Position numbers and translations under genes: made by a program. Below, piece after piece: positions 1 to 8,663 of a stretch of 64,000 nt of DNA. Under the pieces are notes generated by a model. The model saw only the letters and a program-made list of their open reading frames with translations, was not told where the DNA came from and did not search any database. The stretch is taken from contig JBDHKN010000034.1 in the NCBI GenBank assembly GCA_039586365.1, positions 8,186 to 72,185 on the forward strand. The letters are read 5' to 3'. Each line of letters starts with the position of its first letter. Position 1 is the stretch's first letter. The stretch is from Gemmatimonadota bacterium. GTDB lineage: Bacteria > Gemmatimonadota > Gemmatimonadetes > Gemmatimonadales > GWC2-71-9.

Positions 1-201
1 ATGCCGGTGATACTCCAGCCGATTGACTACGACACGTGGCTCGATCCGGATGTGAATGATCCAGATCGGCTCGGGAGCTTGCTGTGTCCGTTTCCCGAGA
101 GGCAAATGGCAGGATATCCCGTGAGCACCTTTGTGAGTCGTGCCGGGAATGAGGGCCCAACTTGCATCGAGCCTCTGGCTGGGAGGTCACTGTTTGACTG
201 A
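1..201 (+). CDS. SOS response-associated peptidase (SRAP/HMCES family), C-terminal part only
   Basis: MPVIL...WLDP...YPVSTFVS...NEGPTCIEP matches the typical SRAP C-terminus; the gene begins upstream of the window. Confidence 0.8.
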   Translation: MPVILQPIDYDTWLDPDVNDPDRLGSLLCPFPERQMAGYPVSTFVSRAGNEGPTCIEPLAGRSLFD

Positions 202-204
202 GCC

Positions 205-1656
205 ATGCTGGCAACTGTAGAGCAGTACAGGCCCGTAATCCTTGCCGCACTGTCGGTTCTGCTGGCGGTGATCGCGTCAGTCCATGTCGTGCTCAATAAG
301 CGGGACACGCGTGCTGCAGTGGCATGGGTGGGCCTTGCATGGTTGGTGCCCATAGTGGGACCGGTGCTCTACGTCTTGCTCGGTGTCAACCGAATACAAC
401 GGCGCGGTGAAGCTCTGAGGAGGTCGGGGCTGACTGTGGGACCGAGCCCCCGAGACACCGGTCCCGACTGGAGGGCGTTCCGCACCGGGCTGGGCGAGGA
501 ACATGGGCACCTCGATTCGTTGGCTCGCGTGGTGCGCAGGGTCACCGGTCGCACCGTCGTTGCGGGGAACCGGGTCACACCTCTGGTGAATGGTGACGCC
601 GCGTATCCTGCCATGCTCGAGGCCATCGACAGCGCCGACCGATCCGTCGCACTGGGCACCTACATATTCGACTACGACGAGATTGGCTGCCAGTTTGCCG
701 CAGCGTTGGAGCGAGCGGTGGCGAGAGGTGTGAAGGTCCGGGTCCTGGTAGATGCTGTGGGTGCACGCTACTCATGGCCTTCTATGATCAGTGAATTGCG
801 GAAGCGGGGTGTTCCTGTAGCGCGGTTCCTGCAGACGCTGCTTCCCTGGCGCATGCCGTTCATGAACCTGCGCTCGCACCGCAAGATCTTGGTTGTCGAT
901 GGTAGGGTGGCTTTCACCGGCGGGATGAACATCCGTGCGGGACATGTCTTGGCCGGCAAGCCGCGGCGCCCGGTCCAGGACCTCCAGTTTCGTCTCGAAG
1001 GACCAATAGTGGAGCAGCTGACTCACGTATTCGCTGAGGACTGGGCCTTCACCACCCGGGAGGTCCTGGCCGGCGAAGACTGGTACCCACTGTTGGAGGA
1101 AGTGGGTCCCGTTGTAGCACGCGGGATTCCGGACGGCCCCGGGGAGAACATCGATGCGGTGCGCATGGTCTTCCTGGGTGGCGTGCAGAGCGCCATGTCT
1201 CGCATCTGTGTCGTCACACCCTACTTCTTGCCGGACAGAGACCTCATCAGCGCCTTGAATATCGCATCGATGCGAGGGGTTGAGGTCAGCATCGTGCTTC
1301 CCCGCGTCAACAATCAGCCCTTGGTGGGTTGGGCCTCCACAGCGCTGCACTGGCAGCTGCTCGAACGCGGCTGCCGAGTCTTCCTGACCCCTCCGCCGTT
1401 CGATCATACGAAGTTGATGGTGGTAGATGGAGTGTGGACCCTGATTGGATCGGCCAACTGGGATCCACGGAGCCTACGGCTCAACTTCGAGTTCAACGTC
1501 GAGTGTTACGATACCCAGTTGGCACTGTCGATGGATCAGCTGGTTGAGTGCAAGCTGCAACAGGCCCACGAAGTGACCCTCAAGGAAGTCGACGGGCGTC
1601 CCCTGCCCATTCGGTTGAGAGACGGTGTGGCGCGACTCTTCAGTCCGTACATTTAA
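205..1656 (+). CDS. cls: Cardiolipin synthase (phospholipase D family)
   Basis: Two N-terminal TM helices; two HKD motifs (HRKILVVDG, HTKLMVVDG); GSANWDPRSLRLNFE. Confidence 0.92.
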   Translation: MLATVEQYRPVILAALSVLLAVIASVHVVLNKRDTRAAVAWVGLAWLVPIVGPVLYVLLGVNRIQRRGEALRRSGLTVGPSPRDTGPDWRAFRTGLGEEHGHLDSLARVVRRVTGRTVVAGNRVTPLVNGDAAYPAMLEAIDSADRSVALGTYIFDYDEIGCQFAAALERAVARGVKVRVLVDAVGARYSWPSMISELRKRGVPVARFLQTLLPWRMPFMNLRSHRKILVVDGRVAFTGGMNIRAGHVLAGKPRRPVQDLQFRLEGPIVEQLTHVFAEDWAFTTREVLAGEDWYPLLEEVGPVVARGIPDGPGENIDAVRMVFLGGVQSAMSRICVVTPYFLPDRDLISALNIASMRGVEVSIVLPRVNNQPLVGWASTALHWQLLERGCRVFLTPPPFDHTKLMVVDGVWTLIGSANWDPRSLRLNFEFNVECYDTQLALSMDQLVECKLQQAHEVTLKEVDGRPLPIRLRDGVARLFSPYI

Positions 1657-1762
1657 GTGGGCAACAAGCATCCCGTCTGAGCGGGTGGTGATAGTACCGC
1701 AGGTTCAGGACTGGGCTGAGCAGTGCATTCTCGCGGTGAGAACCGTTCGACGAGGTGTGGTC

Positions 1763-2269
1763 ATGGATGCAGTGTACACCGTTGGCAGGGCTGCTGTCTC
1801 TATCTTCCTACTGGCAGTAACGTCGAGTGCCTGCAGCCGTGGGTCGCAGGACCGCTACAGCGATCCAGTTGAGGAGCGAGCAGTGCTCGCGGAGCTGGAG
1901 CAGTACTACAGTGACTTCAGCTCGCGAGACTGGGAAGCCTATGCCGGCCATTTCTGGCCCGGGGCGGACTTGACCACAGTGTGGCAACCCGCGGGAGAAG
2001 ACGAAGATCGCGTGATCGCCACGACGATCGACGATTTCATTTCCCAAGCTCCCCAGGGTCCCGGAAGTCGCGAGATATTTGAGGAGCGGATGATCGAGGC
2101 TCACATCCGTATCTTCAACAACCTGGCTCAAGCCTGGGTCCGCTATGGGATGCGGTTTGGTGACCCGGGAGAGGTAGCTGAGTGGGAAGGCGTCGACGCC
2201 TTCGCATTGCTCAAACACGGTGGCAGTTGGAGAATAGCGTCGCTGGTTTTCTCGAGCGAGGGCTCCTGA
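1763..2269 (+). CDS. NTF2/SnoaL-like fold putative lipoprotein
   Basis: ATG 1763 after GAGG; hydrophobic leader ending SSAC (lipobox-like); C-terminal GVDAFALLKHGGSWRIASLVF typical of NTF2-like proteins. Confidence 0.65.
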   Translation: MDAVYTVGRAAVSIFLLAVTSSACSRGSQDRYSDPVEERAVLAELEQYYSDFSSRDWEAYAGHFWPGADLTTVWQPAGEDEDRVIATTIDDFISQAPQGPGSREIFEERMIEAHIRIFNNLAQAWVRYGMRFGDPGEVAEWEGVDAFALLKHGGSWRIASLVFSSEGS

Positions 2270-2285
2270 CCGATCTTGGAGGGGT

Positions 2286-2768
2286 ATGCTGGAAGGAATA
2301 AAGTCGTTCTTCGACAGGAACATCGCCCAGGCGGCTGGGCCTGAGTGTCTCGAGGACGCGGTTCCCTCGGGTGCGCAGCCCGACCGTGTTCCCCTGGCCG
2401 CCTGTGCGCTGTTGCTGGAATTGGCTCATGCCGACGATGAGTTCACCGCTGACGAGCGGGCCCACATTGAAGAGGCCCTGGTGCGGCACTTCGACCTCGA
2501 GCCAGACGCAGTGACCGAACTCATTCAACTGGCAGAGCAAGAGCGCACACGTTCGGTGGATTTGTATCAGTTCACCAAACTCATTTCAGAGCAGTACGAT
2601 CTGGGGCAGAAGATGGTTCTGGCCGAGATCATGTGGCGTGTGGTCTACGCGGATGGTGAGCTGGCAAAACACGAGAGCTATCTGATGCGCAAGCTGTCAA
2701 ACCTGCTCGGTATCAAGCCGGGATACCTGGCCGACGCGCGCAAGAAGGTGAGGGGAGCGGAAGACTAG
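2286..2768 (+). CDS. TerB family (tellurite resistance B-like) protein
   Basis: LAACALLLELAHADDEF...VDLYQFT...MWRVVYADG...E..LMRKLSNLLG pattern; GGAGG RBS. Confidence 0.85.
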   Translation: MLEGIKSFFDRNIAQAAGPECLEDAVPSGAQPDRVPLAACALLLELAHADDEFTADERAHIEEALVRHFDLEPDAVTELIQLAEQERTRSVDLYQFTKLISEQYDLGQKMVLAEIMWRVVYADGELAKHESYLMRKLSNLLGIKPGYLADARKKVRGAED

Positions 2769-2773
2769 CTGCA

Positions 2774-4144
2774 ATGTCAGCCGATCTTCGAACGAGGTTG
2801 CTGGACCACCTCAAGCAAACCGCCCTGTTTGACCGTCCCGGGCTCGCGTTGCTGGCCGTGAGTGGAGGTCCGGACTCAGTTGCCCTCCTGGACTTGATGC
2901 ATCTGGTCGGGCCGGAGTTCGAGCTAGAACTGGCAGTAGGCCATGTCGAGCACGGCATCCAGAGCCAGACGCTGCGGGCAGCTGAGCACGTGCGTGAGCT
3001 GGCGAACTGCTACTCCGTTCCCTGTCACATCGAGAGATTGTCGCTTGGCGCAGGTACGTCTGAGACGTCCGCTCGCGAGGCAAGCTATGGTGCCTTACGG
3101 CTCATGCAAGAACGGGTGCATGCGCAATATGTCGTGACAGCTCACCAGCGTGACGACCAGATAGAAACGGTGTTGTACCGTTTCCTGCGCGGGAGCGGCA
3201 TCGCTGGGCTGGCGGGCATCCCGGCGCGGGGGCCCCGCGGCATCGTACGTCCGCTGCTGCCGTTCCACCGGCGTGAACTGGCCGATTGGCTGGCAGCGCG
3301 CGCGCTGGATCCGGCAACCCACCCGTTCGTCTTTCAGGACCCGGCAAATGAGGATCAACGTCACGATCGCGTGTGGCTGAGACGAGCGGTGCTACCGATT
3401 ATTCGGGACCGGTTCGGGGCAGACTCCGGTGGGCGGATACTCGATTTGGCGGACGACGCGGCTGGCGACAGAGCTGCATGGGCTGCCCTTTTGCAGGCCC
3501 TGCCGGATTTGGACTTCGCGCGGCGTGGGGACTGTGTCGAGGTTGCTGTTGCCCCCCTTCAACGGTATGATAAAACATTGTCAGTGGCGCTCTTGCGTGC
3601 CGTCACCAGGGAGGTGGGATGTCATTTGGGGCAGCGACGTGCAGCTCGGCTACTGGCGTTCGCAATGGGGAGCTCGAGCGGCCGCTCGATCCAGCTGGGG
3701 TCGGGTTGGCAAGCGGAGCTCGTGTTCAGTCGTCTCCGGGTTCGGCGCGACTCCAGGTCGGAGGTGCCCAAATCCCGGATAGTTGTTTGGGGAGTGGGGG
3801 TGAACGAAGCAAGTTCGGCGGGGTGGGGCCGATGGGAATTCAATTGGTGCACAGGGACGGCCGAGACGCCACAGCGCGACACCTTCTTCACGTGGGTCAC
3901 ACCCGGGTCGGGTGAAATAAGAGGTGTGCATGCTGGTGACCGGATGTTGCCGCTCGGTGGCGTTGGGCGCCGCAAGGTGAGACGGTTGCTCATGGAAGCT
4001 GGCATTCCGGCAAGTGAAAGGGCTGAGTATCCGGTCATCGTACGCGGCAATGTTGTGCTGTGGATCCCAGGCGTGTGCCGGTCGGCGGACGAAGTCCCCC
4101 AGGTGGGGACTCCGGCGGTGAGGTTGGATGCACGCCCGGCCTGA
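2774..4144 (+). CDS. tilS: tRNA(Ile)-lysidine synthetase
   Basis: PP-loop AVSGGPDS, TAHQRDDQIET, RPLL, DPAN; precedes hpt-ftsH. Confidence 0.95.
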   Translation: MSADLRTRLLDHLKQTALFDRPGLALLAVSGGPDSVALLDLMHLVGPEFELELAVGHVEHGIQSQTLRAAEHVRELANCYSVPCHIERLSLGAGTSETSAREASYGALRLMQERVHAQYVVTAHQRDDQIETVLYRFLRGSGIAGLAGIPARGPRGIVRPLLPFHRRELADWLAARALDPATHPFVFQDPANEDQRHDRVWLRRAVLPIIRDRFGADSGGRILDLADDAAGDRAAWAALLQALPDLDFARRGDCVEVAVAPLQRYDKTLSVALLRAVTREVGCHLGQRRAARLLAFAMGSSSGRSIQLGSGWQAELVFSRLRVRRDSRSEVPKSRIVVWGVGVNEASSAGWGRWEFNWCTGTAETPQRDTFFTWVTPGSGEIRGVHAGDRMLPLGGVGRRKVRRLLMEAGIPASERAEYPVIVRGNVVLWIPGVCRSADEVPQVGTPAVRLDARPA

Positions 4145-4682
4145 CATTGCCAGGGTCACCGGAGGCAAGGAGTTAGGCGATATCGTCTACACGGAAGAGG
4201 TGATTCAGCGCCGTGTGCGGGAACTCGGAACGGAGGTTGGGGAGTACTATAAGACGGGGGAGCTGCTGCTGATCGGGTTGCTCAAGGGCAGTATCGTCTT
4301 CATGAGCGACTTGGTCAGGTGGATACCGCGGCCTCACATTTGGGATTTCTTGGTCGCGGCATCGTACGGATCGGGCACCAAATCCAGTGGGCACGTCCGG
4401 CTGCTGTACGACCCAGCGACCGACGTGGCAGGGAAACACGTGCTTTTCGTTGAAGATATTGTCGACTCTGGCGCGACCTTGGACAAGGTCGTCCGGATAT
4501 GCGAAACGCGTGAGCCTGCCAGCCTGGAGATTTGTGCGCTGTTGCACAAGAGGATTGGGCAGCCTGCCTTGGAGCCTCGGTTCGTGGGGTTCGACGCGCC
4601 GGCGAAGTTCTTGGTGGGCTACGGCTTGGACTTTGCCGAGGAGTTTCGTCACCTACCGTTCATTGCCAGTTTGAAGGAGTAG
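4128..4682 (+). CDS. hpt: Hypoxanthine phosphoribosyltransferase
   Basis: LKGS, PRPP-binding VEDIVDSGATL, FLVGYGLD; tilS-hpt-ftsH synteny. Confidence 0.95.
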   Translation: MHARPDIARVTGGKELGDIVYTEEVIQRRVRELGTEVGEYYKTGELLLIGLLKGSIVFMSDLVRWIPRPHIWDFLVAASYGSGTKSSGHVRLLYDPATDVAGKHVLFVEDIVDSGATLDKVVRICETREPASLEICALLHKRIGQPALEPRFVGFDAPAKFLVGYGLDFAEEFRHLPFIASLKE

Positions 4683-4683
4683 A

Positions 4684-6669
4684 ATGGCCGATAGACTGCC
4701 GCCGAAGAAGTTGGGCTGGGGCATGATGAGCAAGAACCTGATGTTCTGGCTGTTGATCGTCATGGTTTCCCTCGTCCTCTACCAAACGCTAGGTCCCCGG
4801 CGAGATGAAGCTGTGGAACTACCGTATTCGACGTTCAGCCAGGAGTTGCAGCAGAGCAACGTACTGCGGGTGGAGATCACCAGCGGGAAATTCGTGGAAG
4901 GCGACTTCAAGCGCCCGGTGCCTTACGAACAGCGGGACGTGACGAAGTTCCGGACGGTGCTACCCATTCAGGACTCAGAGCAGCTCATCGAGCGGCTGGA
5001 AGAAAAGAGCGTACCGATCGCCGCAAAAGAGCCCAAGGCTTCGTTCGGCACCGTATTTGTTCAACTACTGCCGTGGGTCATTTTGATCGGTCTGTGGATC
5101 TTCTTCTTCCGGCAAGTGCAGCAAGGTGGAAATCGAGCGTTCTCCTTCGGGAAGTCGAAGGCAAAACTCCTCACCGGGGACACTCCCAAGGTCACCTTTC
5201 AAGACGCGGCAGGCGCCGACGAGGCAAAAGTGGAGCTCGAGGAGGTGATCGAGTTCCTCAAGGACCCACAGAAATTCCAGCGTTTGGGGGGACGGCTGCC
5301 TAAAGGCGTGCTGTTGGTCGGGCCGCCCGGTACTGGGAAGACGCTACTTGCCAGAGCGGTGGCCGGTGAGGCGGGACGTCCCTTCTTCTCGATGTCGGGA
5401 TCCGATTTCGTCGAGATGTTCGTAGGGGTCGGTGCCTCTCGGGTGCGCGATCTGTTCGAGCAGGGGAAGGTCCATGCACCATGCATCATCTTCATTGACG
5501 AGATCGACGCCGTCGGGCGCCACCGTGGCGCAGGCCTGGGTGGCGGACACGACGAGCGGGAACAGACGCTGAACCAATTGCTGGTCGAGATGGATGGGTT
5601 CGAGTCCAACGAGGGCGTGATACTCCTGGCGGCGACCAACCGACCGGACGTCTTGGATCCGGCCTTGCTGAGACCAGGCCGGTTCGATCGACAGATAGTG
5701 GTTGATATGCCAGATGTGCGCGGCCGCGAGATGATCCTCAAGGTGCATGTGCGCAAGATTCCGCTGGCGAACGACGTCAAGCTGGTGACGATAGCTCGGG
5801 CCACACCGGGGTTGGCCGGTGCTGATCTGGCCAACATCGTGAATGAGTCGGCGCTCCTGGCTGCACGCAGGAACAAGCAGTCGGTGGACATGGAAGATCT
5901 GGAAGACGCCAAGGACAAGGTGATGCTGGGTGTGGAGCGCAAGAGCATGGTCCTTTCCGACGAGGAGCGCAAGCTGACCGCCTATCACGAGGCGGGCCAC
6001 GCGCTGGTCAGCCTCAGGGTGCCCGGCCTCGACCCGGTCCACAAGGTCAGCATTGTCCCGCGCGGACGTGCCCTCGGGCTGACGTTTTCTCTGCCGGAAG
6101 AGGATCGTCACAACTACACCAAGGAGTACATCCTGGGTCGACTCGCCATGGCCTACGGTGGGCGCGTAGCGGAGGAACTGATATTCGGGCCCGAGAAGGT
6201 TACCACTGGCGCCGCCCAAGATATTCAGCAGGCGACGGAGATGGCGCGGCGCATGGTGACTCAGTTCGGCATGAGTGACGCAGTTGGACCGGTGGCCGTC
6301 GGCGATCAGGAACACCAGATCTTCCTGGGTCGGGAGTTTGCTCAGCGTAGGGAAGTGTCGGACAGTACCGCTGAGCTGGTGGACGAGGAGGTGAAACGGA
6401 TACTTGAGGAGGCTTTCCAGCGGGCTCGAGAGATCTTGCGGGGCGACCTGGACACATTGCATCGGATGGCGGACGTACTACTCGAAAGAGAGACGATCGA
6501 CCGGGACGAAGTCGAGCTAATCGCCCAGGGCAAAGAACTGCCACCACCATCTCAGGAAGTACTCGACAGCCCTGCACAACCTCCAGCGCAAGGGTCGAGT
6601 GAAAAGTCGCCGGCTTCCGACCACGGCCCAGTGCTGGGCACTCCGCCCGCGGAACCCGCCGGGGCGTGA
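4684..6669 (+). CDS. ftsH: ATP-dependent zinc metalloprotease FtsH
   Basis: Two TM helices, Walker A GPPGTGKT, Walker [24 protein letters not shown] zinc motif. Confidence 0.98.
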   Translation: MADRLPPKKLGWGMMSKNLMFWLLIVMVSLVLYQTLGPRRDEAVELPYSTFSQELQQSNVLRVEITSGKFVEGDFKRPVPYEQRDVTKFRTVLPIQDSEQLIERLEEKSVPIAAKEPKASFGTVFVQLLPWVILIGLWIFFFRQVQQGGNRAFSFGKSKAKLLTGDTPKVTFQDAAGADEAKVELEEVIEFLKDPQKFQRLGGRLPKGVLLVGPPGTGKTLLARAVAGEAGRPFFSMSGSDFVEMFVGVGASRVRDLFEQGKVHAPCIIFIDEIDAVGRHRGAGLGGGHDEREQTLNQLLVEMDGFESNEGVILLAATNRPDVLDPALLRPGRFDRQIVVDMPDVRGREMILKVHVRKIPLANDVKLVTIARATPGLAGADLANIVNESALLAARRNKQSVDMEDLEDAKDKVMLGVERKSMVLSDEERKLTAYHEAGHALVSLRVPGLDPVHKVSIVPRGRALGLTFSLPEEDRHNYTKEYILGRLAMAYGGRVAEELIFGPEKVTTGAAQDIQQATEMARRMVTQFGMSDAVGPVAVGDQEHQIFLGREFAQRREVSDSTAELVDEEVKRILEEAFQRAREILRGDLDTLHRMADVLLERETIDRDEVELIAQGKELPPPSQEVLDSPAQPPAQGSSEKSPASDHGPVLGTPPAEPAGA

Positions 6670-7838
6670 CTGTTACCCTGCTCGCGTCGCGCGACCCGAA
6701 GGCGCTTCGGGATGCGTTGGTGCGGCGGGGCATGGACGAATCCCACGCAAGTTCGGCTGCCCTCGGTCTGAGGCCGCTGACCCTGGTGGTCGACTCGCGG
6801 GCTCAGGAGACGCGCGACGCGCTGGCCGCAGCGGCTCGGCGACTGGGGGTCGAGTGCCTTACAGATGACGGTTGGACCCTCCTGGCTGGTTCAGCCAGCC
6901 AGCTAGCCGGCCTGACCCGTAGCGTCACAGCCACAATCCCACGACCTGTGGTCGATCAGCTGAGCCAGCTGCTCCGGGGGATGCTGCAGTCGAGAGTGAG
7001 CTGGACCACCGCGCGCGGTTCAATTGATCTCGGCCGTCCAGTGGTTGCCGGTATCCTCAACATCACACCAGACTCCTTCAGCGACGGCGGCAGTTATCTC
7101 GATCCGGCCGCTGCCTTGCGTCACGCCGAACACATGATAGAGGCAGGCGCGGGCATGTTGGATTTGGGTGCGCAATCGAGTCGGCCGGGCCGCACCGATC
7201 AGGTGTCCGCTGAGGAGGAATGGCGGCGCTTGGCACCAGTGCTAGGCGAGTTGACAAGGAGTCATCCCAGGACCCCCATCAGTGTGGATACTGTTAGGGC
7301 GGAAACGGCGGCGCGTGCACTCGAGACCGGGGCTTGGGCTATCAACGACGTGTCCGGGCTCAGGTTTGATCCCGCGATTGCCGACGTTTGTGCCAGCCAC
7401 GGAGCAGGGCTCATTCTAATGCACTCCCGCGGCTCGTTCGCCGAGATGGCGACGTACGACCACGCGCGGTACAGCGATGTTGTCGCGGAGACGGTGTGGG
7501 AGCTGGTGGGCTCGGTGGAAAGTGCCGAGTCCCGCGGAGTCGAGCGGGACCGCATCGTGATCGATCCGGGCCTTGGTTTCTCCAAGCTGCCAGAGCAGAA
7601 CTACCGAGTGGTTGCGGGCCTCCCGGCGCTGGCGTCACTCGGGTTGCCGGTGATGCTCGGCCCATCCCGGAAGCGGTTCCTCGGCACGGTCACGGGCCAG
7701 CCTGCCGCCGAGCGAGATCATGCCACCGCTGCGTTGTGCGTGGCGGCACGTTCTCTTGGGGCGAGTTTGTTTCGCGTCCATGCGGTCCGGCTGGTCAAAG
7801 AAGCGCTTGATATAGCTGCGGAAATCGAGAGCGCGTAA
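6666..7838 (+). CDS. folP: Dihydropteroate synthase with ~120 aa N-terminal extension
   Basis: GILNITPDSFSDGG, SVDT, IDPGLGF, GPSRKRF, FRVH; GTG start overlaps the ftsH stop (GTGA). Confidence 0.92.
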   Translation: MTVTLLASRDPKALRDALVRRGMDESHASSAALGLRPLTLVVDSRAQETRDALAAAARRLGVECLTDDGWTLLAGSASQLAGLTRSVTATIPRPVVDQLSQLLRGMLQSRVSWTTARGSIDLGRPVVAGILNITPDSFSDGGSYLDPAAALRHAEHMIEAGAGMLDLGAQSSRPGRTDQVSAEEEWRRLAPVLGELTRSHPRTPISVDTVRAETAARALETGAWAINDVSGLRFDPAIADVCASHGAGLILMHSRGSFAEMATYDHARYSDVVAETVWELVGSVESAESRGVERDRIVIDPGLGFSKLPEQNYRVVAGLPALASLGLPVMLGPSRKRFLGTVTGQPAAERDHATAALCVAARSLGASLFRVHAVRLVKEALDIAAEIESA

Positions 7839-8641
7839 TGCCACTGGAACAATTCCGCTTTCTGTTGCCTGGCTTGCGTGACGTCGTCGAGATCCTCATT
7901 GTCGCGTTCGTCATTTACCGGCTGCTGTTGTTTCTTGCCGGGATGCGGGCGCTACAGATATTGCTGGGGCTGCTCTCGCTCGTGCTGATCTATTTCATAT
8001 CTGTGATCCTCAAGTTCAACATGATCTCGACCCTGCTCGGTCTGGGTTTCACCTATGGCGCGTTCGCTGCAGTCGTGGTGTTCCAGCCCGAGCTGAGACA
8101 GGCGTTAGCACGGCTGGGGAGATCAAAGGCTATCCGCCTGCTGACCAGCACCGATCCTAGTGCGGTCGCAGATCAGGTGGCAGAGGCGGTGAGCCGCCTG
8201 GCTCGCAACGGGACTGGGGCGATAATTGCGGTCGAGGGTGAGGCGTCGCTCAACGACTACGCCGAGACCGGAACGGAGATGGAAGCCAACGTCTCGGCCG
8301 ACTTGCTGGCCACCGTGTTCACACCCTACTCCCCGCTGCACGATGGAGCAGTCATAGTCAGGGGTAGCCGAATCGTGGCTGCTGGGTGTGTTCTCCCATT
8401 GACGCAGTTCCCGGTAACCGATAGGACGTTGGGCACGCGTCATCGCGCCGCACTCGGTCTTTCAGAAGAAACCGATGCCGTGGTCGTCGTTGTTTCTGAA
8501 GAGACGTCCAGGATATCCATCGCGATCCGCGGCCTGCTGAAGCGAGGTGTCACGGCGGATCAAGTCCGGCAGGCAGTGGCGGCCAGGAACAGTGGGGTAC
8601 TTGCGCACTCGGACGCTCCTGGTGAGGCTTCTCCTGCCTGA
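7838..8641 (+). CDS. cdaA: Diadenylate cyclase (CdaA/DacA type)
   Basis: Three N-terminal TM helices, VVFQPELR, catalytic LHDGA and GTRHRAA motifs. Confidence 0.93.
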   Translation: MPLEQFRFLLPGLRDVVEILIVAFVIYRLLLFLAGMRALQILLGLLSLVLIYFISVILKFNMISTLLGLGFTYGAFAAVVVFQPELRQALARLGRSKAIRLLTSTDPSAVADQVAEAVSRLARNGTGAIIAVEGEASLNDYAETGTEMEANVSADLLATVFTPYSPLHDGAVIVRGSRIVAAGCVLPLTQFPVTDRTLGTRHRAALGLSEETDAVVVVVSEETSRISIAIRGLLKRGVTADQVRQAVAARNSGVLAHSDAPGEASPA

Positions 8642-8663
8642 AAATCCCGCGAATAAACACGAT

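Noticed and set aside
5199..6462. Long antisense ORFs over ftsH (similarly 24702..25517, 51175..52131, 58441..59250)
   Set aside because: Shadow ORFs expected from GC-rich codon usage; no recognisable motifs; they fully overlap well-supported genes
8547..8663. Extended N-termini given by the ORF track (also 16677, 17099, 18198, 26369, 32399, 33774, 48762)
   Set aside because: They overlap upstream genes extensively; downstream starts fit family N-termini and coupling better
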